From Yuukianura sp. NJ FZ-2021 (lineage: Eukaryota), in the NCBI GenBank assembly GCA_046563655.1, contig CM102285.1, forward strand, positions 10,230,001 to 10,294,000: a DNA stretch of 64,000 nt. The letters are read 5' to 3'. The notes below the pieces were generated by a model, which was not told the DNA's origin, made no database searches, and saw nothing but the letters and a program-made list of their open reading frames with translations. A program made the position numbers and the translations under genes. This document shows positions 23,136 through 36,173 of this stretch, in pieces; position 1 is the stretch's first letter; every line of letters begins with the position of its first letter.

Positions 23136-26100
23136 TGTTCTTCAGATTAGAGCTTTTTTGAGAACTTGTTTAAAAAGTTGTTCAAATTTGAGCAGTTAGT
23201 CTTCCAAGAACAGGGCGATGCATCTTTCTTCAATTTTTTTTACAGCCGTGATGTCATCTGCAGCTGCTTTTTACGTCTTGACGGGAACGTTAAATTTCTT
23301 TTTGGAATTACATTTTCACTGCAAGAATTTGTTTCGGCAAGTCAAAAAAACTTCAACTGTTCAAACGCTGTGACACTTTTTGTTCATTTTTTAAATTGTA
23401 GGCGCATCTTCAAAACTGTGTTGTTGAAAGACAACCAGCACAAGGGTTCCGCTTCCGTTTTGTGAATGAGCTCCTTTGTACGCTCCAGAAATTCTGAGAA
23501 ACGAAAATTTTCAGAACCGCAGCAAAGCTGCTCCAAGGTTGACTTTGTAATTTTGAAAACGTCTTTACGTCATCCGCAATTTGTAGCTCAAGGTTTCTGA
23601 AAATGAAACAGGAAATTATATGCAATTAAAGAACCAAAACTACAAAAATTTAGTTTCATTATCGCCAGTAATACACAGAGTCTCTTCAGTGAAATTTGTT
23701 GAAAGCGAATAGTGAAATTAAACCATTAAGACCAATCTTGCCTTTCTATCTTCTCGACTTTCTGCACTTAATTCCAAATGTTTCAGCACAAGCGGCAGAT
23801 GATGTAAACTTATTTTTCGAGGGAAAACAGTTATGCTTTTAGCAGTAGCAGGCGTTTTTGGAAAAGTTGCAATTTCATGAAGATGAAAAGGCGCACGAAA
23901 AAGTTTTTGTCCCAGTTGAGCTTTTTTGTTTAACAAAAAAAAATCCAGGAAGGGACACAAAAACGAAGAAGGCTTCGATGCTGCTGCTGCTGTCAGAAGT
24001 GGTGAAACGCGTGCAAAGAATGGGGATGGAAGATCATATGCTGGTGCTGCCTGTTCAAAAGAAGCACTCTGACAAAAGACTTTCGAAGTCTTGACGTGAT
24101 GCCAAAGATTACAATTTGTCAGGGAGAGAGGGAGAAAGGCATTCAGAATCATAGTGGCAGGAGGATTCTAAAAATTTATTACGCAGAGTCATATAGAATT
24201 AGAGACATTTGTCAAATGCGCCAAAAGAGATGAAGACATTTTAGCAACAGGCATATCGGCATCATCATCATATCAAAATTGTTACTTTCTTTGCAACGCA
24301 TCCAGTCTCATGCGATGTTATCAAAAGTTTATGTTTTTAGCTTTACTTTGTGTAATTTGAAAACAGGAAAATGACTGGCATGGCCATCTTGAGTTGTTTG
24401 ACTCTTTTTTTCAAATTTGAATTTATGTTCTAAATTAAACAGGATGCGTTGGCTCAGACGCAGGAAATATTTGGACCTATTCCGCCTACGATGTCATAAA
24501 AACGAGAATTTTGTATGAAAAAATCAAGTTTTTGAAGAAAAACTGGAGCGATTCCATTTTTTCTTTGCGTATTCCTTGGGGTAGGAACCGTTTAGGTCAA
24601 TAACTTTCCCATTAGGAACAGACTCTGCTTTCACACAATCAATAAAGGACGTGTCGTAACAAACGCCATTTTTTAGCAGCTCCAGTGAAGAGACAATCAC
24701 TTAGCGACTAACCAGAGACTAAGAAAGACTAAAAAAGAAAAATGAAGGAGAAAGTGTGATAAGTAGAACTCTCAGAGATTTTTTTAGTAACCTAAGATAT
24801 TACTTTATGGGAAGCTTTTGCTTGCAGAAGGGCTTTGATTATTACTTTCTCGAGGAACGCCAAAGAATATGATCTTCGGCTTATATTAAATTTCAGTCCA
24901 TTGACCAATTTTCTCAGCAAAATCAATATTCTAGAAAGTTTTTGGATCTAAAGCATAAGCAAATACTGCTTCCTACACTTCAGAGTTTGACCTTACACGT
25001 GTCAACGCTGGGTTGACCTGAAATTGAAGTCTACTTCGGTGGTTGACTCCCCCTGAACATGCTTTCCCAATTTCAATCAACTGGAGAGGCTCAGATTCCG
25101 AATTGGCTTTCACTTCTGTTTCCTCTAGTGTCAGCCTCAGCGTCTATAAAACTGCTTCTAGTTTTCTAGGTTCCGAAATGAGGTCATTAATTATGAAGTG
25201 ATGAGAGTCACTGTGAGTTACAATGGGAACAAGGCGGAGAGTGAAGGATGGATTGCCACTTAACACTTTCCGAGTCAATAAGCCTTTCGCCAACTCCCAG
25301 ATTCAATATTAGTTCTAGGAAACGCTTCTAGAAATCGCTTCTAAGAAATTAGGCTTCTTCCTCCCAAAGAGACTTCATCTCTGTCAGGCTCAAAGTGAAA
25401 CGATATTGGTTTCATCTGGAACAACAACAATACAAAGTGATGGTCCATCTAAAGTACTGCATGGTATAGCATGACTCAAAATAAATAAAGACTTTTCCCG
25501 TGAAACAGGAGCCAAATTGGGAGATTGATTTACTCAGGATAGGATTTTAGTTGGTCCATGCCTAAAGTCAATTCCTGCTTACTGGAACATAACTTTAGGT
25601 TTTGATTAACACTCTCACTGAACCTCTATGCTTTCACTTTGAAACTCCCAATTTGAACAGACTGGCTTTTGAAAGAACAAAGGAGTAAATGAACCGAATC
25701 TTTCCCTTTGTTTTTCTCTCTCCACTAAACTGAAACTGAAAACCAAAACTTTCTCCGAATTTGGAATGGGCAGGACCTGTATACTCAAAACCTCGAATTT
25801 TCCATAATTAATGGTAAGCGGTGAATGACCTGCTGGAGGAGAAAGTTATTGCTCATTCCACACATGTAGAACAAAAAGAACTTGGCTGGAGCTTAGTTTG
25901 TTTTATTCTCTTTGCGTTTTTTCATTCTTTTTGGCTATTTTTTTTTTGGACAAAGTTATCCTACCGAGAACAAAAGAAGAGCCAGCAGCAGAGTACATTA
26001 AAAATTTATTGCCTTTTAATGGAGAAAGTATGGGTAGGACTTTGTGTAAAAACTAATTCGGAATTGGCATTTTCGAAGGGCATTTTATTGGTCAAGTATC

Positions 26101-29100
26101 AGCTTTATTTTTCTCCAGCATGTCCTTCCTTTATTCAAAGAGCATTGAGACATTTTAGAAGTTTCGGAAGCGATTAAATAACCTACTCTACTCTAAGGTT
26201 GCGTGACTTCCAATAGGTTGGGATTTTTTTTAGAAGGAGGAATCAATAGATGTCTGATACCGGAAATAATGGAGTCTCCGTCGCTGTTCTGTTCAGAACA
26301 GTTTTCAAAAAATTGTGAACTACCAAGGTCTTGCACCAAAACGGAAAAGAAAAGAAATAAATTTTGTCAAATTTTCCTCTAGATTTTTTCTAATAGAAAA
26401 ATATACTTGTGCTAGTACTACTGCTGGAGCAGACACCAAAGTCAAAAGCAAATGGAAAAGACGGAATTGGCGAAATCAATAAGAGTTGAACGGCTCCATA
26501 AAGTTTGCAAAGGGAGAAAAGTGGACCTTTCCCAATAATTTTATGATGGAACAAATCTTTGTTGATCTACTTTCTTTTACAACTTAAAAAAGTTAAATCC
26601 AAAGGAGTGACGTACAATCTGCTTGATCTATGAAAAAGTGGTTTAGGATTTTGAAAACTTTTTTTTTGCATTTCTAATAAAGTTGGGAGGTTCGTTACTT
26701 TGTGACACTTGAAGTAAACAGGACAAGTCAAGAAGGATTTAGGATCAAAAGAGCCAAGTTGACGTTCCTGTTTTTATTAGGAAAATGCCAGTCTCGCTGC
26801 AAAGCTTTTTTTGAAACTGACGACTTTTTAGACACTTTTTTTTTGTTCTAGTCAACCAAAGTTTACTGTCGCTGTCAAGTGAAGCTGACACGCTGGTTGG
26901 TTACTGACTGGGTGGTATTTTCATAAAAAACAAGCAAAAACAGCACACTTTACATTTAATTAGAACCGAAAAACTAAGGAAAAAGCGTAGATTTTCCGAA
27001 AATGTTTTTTGTGTTAAAAAGAAAAACAAAGTCAAGTGTTTTTAGCAACATAAAAGTGCTTACACGGAAAAAAAAGTTGAAGTGAAAACATGTATTTTTT
27101 TTACACGAAAACAAATGTGTTTTACTTGAAATTTTTTTCCAGTAAATCACTTTCATTTTTTGGACGTTTGAACTCCTTTGACCGTTCCGCTACTTCAAAA
27201 TGAAATGGGAAACAGGAACTGGAAAAAATTTTGAACTCGAAATGTGAGACAATTTTCGAAAAAAAAATGTCTAAGGACTGAGTCATATAATGTTAGCATC
27301 TTCGTAAAAGTTTTAACTTCAAATTCCTGTCTAGACGCAATATTTCAATCAGAACGACTTAATTTTACAAACTGAAAAACCTGTACTGTACTACAGCAAC
27401 AAAAGTAAAACTTTTACCACAACTTCTGTGTCTGGACTCGCGTAATTTATCGAACGCAATGACGTTATGATTATCATTAAACTTTTTTTTAAAGTAAAAA
27501 AAGAAAGCTTGAATCTTTTCGAAGAAAGTTGCAAACTGTAAAGTGTCGTAGCAGAAGCTTGACTTATTTGAAAAAGTATCCAAATGGTTATATTAGGGGT
27601 GCAATTTATCTTGTGCTGTTTTCTTTGACGTAGAATATGATGGTTGTAAAACCAAAACTTTCTTTTTTAAAATATTTCTGCTTGAGTCCATCTACGAACT
27701 TCCGAGTTTCAATGAAAACCTATTCCAAAAAGAATAAGTTCCAGTAGAAGTTGGAAGAGATGAGGAAGTTTTTCATTTCTGAGAGAAAGTAAGTTAGTGT
27801 AATATGAGAGAAATTGAAATTGTGAAAAACCTGGACACGTTTCAAAAACTTTTGTAGTATATTAAACTTCAAATGGGCTTCCACTCCCATCTCCTCTATC
27901 TACTATCCTCATTTTTCTGGAAGATGAAGAAATGAAATAACGCCCAAAAGTTGAATAGTTTTTGGGAATCTTAAGAAGAAGAAAGTGAAAGTAGTGGAGT
28001 TGTTCACACCCTGCTTTCTGCCTTGACACTTGACTTGATTTATTAACAACCCGCACGTCTCCGTGTGTGGTGGTGAAAGTCTTACTGCTGATCATGGAAG
28101 ACCATTTAATAAGAAGAAGGGTAGGGGGCCCTTTTCTAAGGGTCTCGTTCTGGAAGCCAAAATCTGAGCCAAGAAACTACAGTTAGTGTAAGTTGTGCTG
28201 GACTGGCTTTCCAGGAGCTTAGTAGTTGAACCTTATGAACTCAAAATTCAAAGTGGCACATTTAAAATCTTTTCTTTTCTTTCCCCACTCTCTTCCGCCG
28301 CTCACACCGGATGAGGTTAAAAGCCACTTTCTCCCATTCCCCAACAACGTAACGACTTTCACTATCCAATTTTGATATTTTCAAAAGAAGAAGTTTTTTC
28401 AGCGAAAAATGCCAAATTCTGTCATTTTTTCTTTGTATATACAGATTCTGTTCCGAGTTACAAAAGTAGACGCCCTTAGTATCATAAAAGCGACTTCTTT
28501 TAATTAAAAAAAATCCAAGATCCGCATGAATTATATTCTCTTTTTTGGCCAAAATTTTACGTTTTCAACTCACAAATTTTATTCAAACTCATGGCCTTTG
28601 CAGCTTACTGGGAGCGAGAAATGATATTACGTGAAAGTATTTTTAGTTTCCTTTCACTTTTTAACATTCAATGTAAACCTTGGCTAAAATGTGAAACTGC
28701 GGAAACTCATATTGTAGTGAATATTTATCACCAGTTTAGTTATACGCTTGAATTTTGTATTGGCTTTTGCACTTAAAGTGACAATTTGAAGCGACGTTGA
28801 CTCTATAGTGTTTCAGTTTCTACGATTATTATCACCGGAGATGATAAAATGCATCTGGAAATATCTAGGTTTTTTAAGAACGGGTTGCTATGTTTAGTTC
28901 GCTTAGGGTGAAAGCCATCAAACCAAGCTGACGACCACAGGGAGCATAAAGGAAGCCAGGAAAGTGAAAGTTTGTTGTCACAATAAATCCACCTACCAAA
29001 AGTTAGGCCGAGATAATGAGGAGGTCTAAGGCTATGTAAGTGGCAGTCGGGAAGTTCGATTTTGGAAGATGATTCTAGTGCTGTTGCTAGGATACGGAAG

Positions 29101-32100
29101 ATGGATCCTAGCCTACATCACTCCTCGTCAGATTATGATAGGTCATTTCCTTTTCTTGTGACGCCACAGACCAAAGTCAACCAACCGACAGACTAGAAGG
29201 CTCAAGGACCCGGAAAAGAAAACCCAGAGAAAAATAAATGTGGAACCATAAAAGTAGGATTTCTGAATCTCAGCCTCATTTTTCCTTTCTCCACAGTCAT
29301 ATTCTTAAGGATTTGGAGACCAGTGACTTGCTTTCCAAGAAAAGAAAACAATTCGAAATGCGCACTTTCATCCATTATTAGCCTAACCTCCATCTTTTAC
29401 TTTACTTCTCCAGAAAAGCAATGGAATGGATTTTGTTTTTAGTACTGTAAGTCAGACAATTTGGGTTATTAGACTCAAGGCGTTCGAAATGCAGGACAAA
29501 AGTTACTGTTCAATTAGGTTCAATTGATATTTAGGACTACTGGCCTTTGCCACTTGAAGTGCTCTTAGACCACTCCTAAATGACCGTCGAAATGAGCCTA
29601 TTAAACAAACAAATCGAACACAAACAAAACATTAGTAGGAATCTGCACGAAATCTAACTTTCTCCTGCTAGCTCTGCCTGTAATTTACGTTTTACATACA
29701 ATGTCCGATGAATATCAATCACTGAGTGCGGGAGAATAATTGCAAAATAAACAAAAGCTAACAAAAAGTTTTCCTAAACTTTGACTATTGACCCATGCCG
29801 CATTCTACCTGTGTGCAAATTTTTGTGGACTTACTTAGCAAGGACTAAGTCAATTGAAATAACCTGCTGCGTCAGAATCATTTACACAGACAATTAAGGT
29901 TCACATTATGCTATTTTAGTCCACAGAGCGTCTCTGCGGGTAAGAGGTTAAGGTGGTTTGCGAAACAAATTTTGAAATTGCGGCGTCTTTTGCATTTGCC
30001 CAGATAGACCAAAATAAATTCAAGAGCCTTAACAATGAAATGTCATTTCTGAACAATGCCATCGATTAGTAAGCTCTTACTTCTTTCGAATCTAATGACT
30101 ATATTTGTCTCTCTCGGGCAGAAGGAGTTCTTGTATCATTGAAAATTTCCTGAAGCAATATCTGTGACAACATCAATGCAAAAATACGAAATAGACATCA
30201 AACCAACATCGCAAATAACAATAACGGCAAGTCAAAATCCAGTTTAAATGTAAACAACGTTACGGAAAAGTGGATATTGCATTTGACCAATCTTTGCACC
30301 TTGCAACAGTTTTACCTCCATAACCTTTCGCATTTTTGATACGAATGCTCTAATGCAGTAGATGCAAGTTTGTTTTTGTTAGGTAAATCGCTGAAAATGA
30401 ACTTCTGGATTTTTTTAACATTATTTATGCTTGAGAGAATTGAGACTTACAACTGCTTTCCGTTGAGCCGGGTGCTTTACTGTCAGTCAGGCGTTAAGTT
30501 TATAGCTTGAAAAGTTAGGCGTTCTGGCGGTGTTTTGTTTCACTGCAATGTTTAGTCGTACACTGCATTTCAAAAATGATTGATGAAGAACTGCAGATGG
30601 AAAAGGAAAACTGATGATGGTGTATTCGAAAATGTCAATTTTCAAAAATAAAACTGTTCAGAAAATGCTGGGATAAACAGGAGATGAGGTGTCAAGGATC
30701 GGCAACATGGAAGGAGGAAGCTGATTTTGTAAAAATTGCAAAACTATTTTTCAAAATCCTTCAAATTTTGAATTTGTTTAGACAAAAACTTGTGTTTTTT
30801 GGACCTAGACGTTGTTGTTTTTCCAGGAATCGGGGTACGTTAGGCAGTAGGAAGCGGATGCAAGGAGAAGGAAACAGGCGGGTAGGTTCTTGACAAGTGA
30901 CTCTCCGGCCACATGGACCAGGCCTATTCATACTCCTTTTCCCCGAATTCGGTTCTTTCTACTCACTGTAGAAATTTTGCGGGTATTTAATAATATTCTG
31001 CCCGCCTCCCGCTTCAGTTTGACTCAGTTTCTCTCCCTTCTGCGCTTGTTCCCTCTCCTTTCAAAATCAAAATTCGGGAGTTACCCGGATCGCCAAATTT
31101 TTGGATCCAAAACCCAATTCAAAATTTGAATCCCGTGTGTACATAATTTTTCTTTACGAACATCCCCTTTGGATTCACTCCGCCTCAGCTTCCGGCAAGT
31201 GATTAATTTTAAGTTTGGACGCATCTTCCATGCACTTACGCAGTTTGTCTAAAGTGCGTAAGTGTTGCCAGGAATGGAAACGCTGAGTTCATACGCCTCA
31301 CTGGGACTTTGTCGTGCAATAAATTCGGGAGATTTATTTCTGGCTTCTTGCACTGTGCGTTTCAGGTGTTCCCATCCGTTAAAACTATTTTGGAACTCTA
31401 AAAGCACAGAAGATGCGTGTGTAAGCGATTCTAGGAAAAAATAGTCTCAAGATGCGTTTTTGAAAATGGTTTTTTAAAATAAATACAGCCATAATGGCAG
31501 TTGAGTAAAGTGGAAGGAGACGCAGAAAGACGTGTTGGATTTGACTTCTAGTGTCTATAAAGATTAAGTGGGCGAGTGAATTATTGGAAGAGAGACGCAG
31601 ATTGGAAAGATAAATAAATTGGAAAGGAAGATCACCTTACATCTCTCTCTTCCCACGGTTCATCAACCCTTCATTCCATTAGTCAGTGGTAGGATTTTCC
31701 TGGAATTGGCCATTTCCTCCCTAACCTTAATCAAGACATATGTTAAGGTGTAGTATTCAATGGACAAATTACATCAACTTGGAATTTGGAAATATATTTC
31801 AATTTTACGCTCCGCTCCATATTGCAAAATTTAAAATTATTCGCAAATTCTATTATCCATGGATTTCGAAAGTTTCGTTTTTTGCTTGGGACATTTTCAA
31901 TTCTAGTTGGTTAGTTGAATTAGAATTTCAAAATTGGAAGCGCCAGTCGAAATTGCAGCGTTAATCGAAATTGAAATTTTGAAGTATTTTGGAATTTGGA
32001 ATCAGGTGAAAGGTGAAAATAAACAGAGAGTGAAAGTGTAGCACAGATAGTTTCACGCAGTCTCTAAAAATGCATTAAAATTGTTTTGGCCTCTACAAAT

Positions 32101-35100
32101 TTGCGTCGTTTGGCAAGGAAGGGTTAATTGAGAACAAAGGATGTTCTTAATCATGGTTCCTGACATGTTGGGCTTTGAATGACAGTGACAGGAGGGAGGC
32201 CATGGAAGGGCATGATCTTACCAGAGATCTCGTTCTACTTAACAAGTTCAGATTCTGAGAGATTAGTTAACCTAACTGCATGCCTATCCCAATGATCCAA
32301 TTGTTGTCTCCCACTTCAACAACCCTTGACATCAAAACAAAAATTAATTCACACGTTACAGCAGTCCTCTCCTAATTAAATCCTCCACTACACTCTGAAG
32401 AATAAATTTTAATTAACAGGATTCTCGTACCTAGGTGTTATAACATTATATTTACGCAACAACATTACATGTTAGTCTAACCAACATGCTAACATCATAA
32501 TGATAACCTTTGACTTTCACTGGAAATGAGTTGCAGAAGTGCTGTTTTTAAAAACTAAATGTGAACTTATTCTAAATATTATATTTAAATATTATTAAAT
32601 ATAAAATGTGAACGTTTATGTAAAATGTAAAATAACTAAATCTTGATAATTAGTACCTCAAGTTGAAATTAAGGTAACGCTCCTGTTCCTTCTTCACTCC
32701 GAAATTTTCAAATCCATTTCACAATCCGTCTGATTGATTAGTTAGCCTTGGAAATCTGCATTTCACTTTTGAATCGCACTTGAATATGAAACTTTTTAAA
32801 AGTGGCGAAAAAATTGGAAATAAAAATCTTTTCAAAACTTTCACCAACAATAAATCTAATTTCAACGTTTTTCGTGTTTGAGCTTAAATTTTAAAACAAC
32901 ACTATACAGCAAGACCGACTATTTGAGAGATGATTAGGAAGATGATGCACTTTAGGCGGCGAGTTGTTGCAGGAAGATTGGAATTTGGAGATGCTGCTAA
33001 TAATCTGTAGCAGAGCCCTGTAATCTCGACGGCACTGAATCAATCTGTGCAGATGAAGTTTCGTTAAGGCAAAGCCTCAAAACTCCTTTTTGAAAGTGAA
33101 GGATTATTACATGTTAGCCATTGGCATTTTGCAGAACACAGATCACATCCAATGCACTCACTGCTCACTCCCAGGATTCCCTGGTCAGATTCTGCCTTTG
33201 AATCAACCCAGGACTAACCCTGAGAATCCACTTAATAATAAACGACCAGATTTATTCAGTTCATGATCATCATACATAACCTACAGTTCAACTCTAACAA
33301 TCCATTGTTAACCAGAGATGCGATTGCCACATCACGCGAATCGAATTCCTTCCTACGCACACACAGACGCAAATTGAATAACATTGTTTCAGTCGACACC
33401 AATTTACAATCTTTCTGTATTACAAAATCAATTCAATTCAGTGAATTTTTAATGTTGGTATTCTTTAAAATCTTTTGTGCAATTCTACGCAGCTTCGGTG
33501 CAAAAAAACTTTCACAAAAGGATTCTGCTGATCGTTTCTTTGTTCAAAGTTAATTCAAAAAAGCAATTACAAAGTTTTCAATTCCTTTAAACTTTTCAGT
33601 ATAAGGACTGAAAATATTGGCGTTCAATTATTGTGGGGCGTGTCTGCCCAATTCCATTTTTGTTTATGTTTGTAATTGTAGTGTGGGCTAGGATTTGTGC
33701 ACATTCATTCCCATTTCGTTTTGTGTTTAAACACGACAACGTGGAATGTTGAAAATTGGAGTCAGAAAGCACTTAATGATTTTGTTGTCTGTTCAAAAAC
33801 GTCATCATCACTTTTGTTGAATCCCCAGAGGCTCAAAGGCTGTTGACCTTCATCACTCAAAGATCACTTGAACCACCTCATAAATGACAAAATAAAGTAG
33901 AGCTTTCCACTGTCGAAATGCACACTTTTCAATCATTTTGGTCTAGATTTGTTTAGTAGTACTAAATGATCATAATCTTAAGCTTTGTCCTTGTCCTCGC
34001 AAAATACACAACTTTATGTTGTCGTTTTTATGACCTACGACCTCGCATTCTTTCTCGGTTATAAAAAAAATCCAAAATATGAAATGCTCCAAGACATTGA
34101 GATTCACTCATGTCGTGGATGAAGACTTTCAAAACTGAAGACTTAACCTGCATAAATGCCTTGTGTTCTTTCAAAATTTATTAACCTGTTAATGTGTAAT
34201 TCCTTGGCATGAAATCTTCAAAAATATTTTGAAAATTAGAGCTTGTACATCACGTCATAGTAATCATCGAGGTGCGTTTAGTAAATCATTTCATAATGAA
34301 AGACTACCATTTAAGGATGTTTATGAAGTGCGTCGAAGATGCTTCATCAAATTATAGTTAATTTGGCATCGTAATTTATTGAACGGTGAACTTTTCAACA
34401 TAGCTTGTAAAATATAGCATATTCGTAGGAATTATGCTTTTTTAAATTCCAAAGGCAAGAAAACGTAACAAAAACTGCTTTATTATTTTTTTTTACTGTT
34501 TTCTTTTACGCCGTATGAAATTCTCTCTCACTTTTCATCCCACCCACCAAAGTGGGAGGGAATAGATAAATTCTTGTTTGGGTTTTTATTATAGCAATCA
34601 GATTTTCGTTTTTTTTTATGTAGAATTTTTTAAAAAACAAATTAGTGTTAAACTTGTAGGATCAAATACGTTTTACTGACACGATTGCAGCAACCTCATA
34701 CGTGCAAAACACTATTTTGTACAAATTTTCAAAAAAAATTCAAAAAACCTGCTCAAAATTTTGAAGTTCTTAAAAATCAACTGAAATCTACAGACACCTA
34801 GAGAAACTTTTACAGGGATTTGTTTGGCTTGTATGTCCTCACGGCTCAACTCGCAGATCGCCTTACATGTCAACTAAAAAAAATTTTTTGGATAGAATTG
34901 GAACCATTTTTGAAGAAAAAATTTGAAACGATCAATTTTAAAAAAAAAATCATGGTCCATAACGTTTGTAACTCACAATCAGATATTTTGCAACCTAAGT
35001 AAGCTACACGTGCCTGCGACCTAGTTCTTAAACGCGTGGTTCAAATAAAAGTGAAGATTCTGGGTTAACGGAAGCATGGCGTTTTAAACGTATTGTTTTG

Positions 35101-36173
35101 TTACAAAACTTTCTCCAGTTGACAATGACCATTTCAATCAATGAAACGAAAGGATAGTTTCAGAAAGAATTTTTCCAAAAATGGCTTTTTGTATAGTAAA
35201 ATAAACATCCAGACTTTTCTGTGTCAAGCGATAGAGCTTTGACCTTCCAAGAATTGCCTCACGACGCGTGTCCTCTTCTTTCTGAAGATTTCAATAACAC
35301 TTTTGTCTCGAAGTGCGTGATGCGTGTACGCAGTATCCAATTTCAGTTCTTCCAGTTTATTGAATAATTTTACCGTTGAATAGGTTGTTGAAAGAAGCGG
35401 CGAGTTTTACAAAGAACTGGTTGTATGACGGTCACAATTGGTCATTGATCAATGTCAAGTGAATCAAGGTTTGACATCATCTTAACCAAAGTCCAGTAGC
35501 TGGATCACGGACATTTTGACAATGTCGAATTATCCAAAATCCAGAAATTGGAAAACCAATTGTTTTGATTTACACTGAGAGTTGCTATTCTCATGAGATC
35601 AAAAGAAGACAAGAAAGACACGTCAGTGACCCTCAAAAAACCTGAAAGCGAAATGTCATGAATCAAATAAGGCGTTGGGGAGATGATTACTATAATAACA
35701 TAGTGTTTGGTTCATTTGTTACTTTGTGGTCTACCACACATTCCAAAATGCTGCTAAATATTGAATTTTGGAAAGGCCCCCTTGTGTAGTAATTCACGCT
35801 AAATTTTCCTTGAACATTTTTTTTACAAACCAACACGAAAGGATAGCCCACCCCAATTGAGGAATTATTATTTAACCTAGTATCATTGAATTGGCAATGT
35901 ACAGACGAAAAAACGATGTAAACTGTAAATTCTTAGGCGTATCAGACACATTTAGTTGTCAACAAACGATTGAGGCAGAACGCATCTCTGGATTTTTGTT
36001 GCGACGCGAGCTATCATTTTTTTTTGCTACAAAAAAGTTTTTCAAAACTATTTTCAAGTTTAAATTGAGCTTGGGGTATATAGACCGTGAAAAGTAAATG
36101 TGAAAGTGTGAAAAATTGGAAATTAGACACTAGGAAACACTAGGAAAAGTTGACACCTTGGAAAATAAGAAAT

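Noticed and set aside
23166..36097. Many 60-144 aa ORFs in the rk-P450 interval
   Set aside because: Phe/Lys/Leu-rich translations typical of AT-rich non-coding DNA, with no domains or consistent exon chains.
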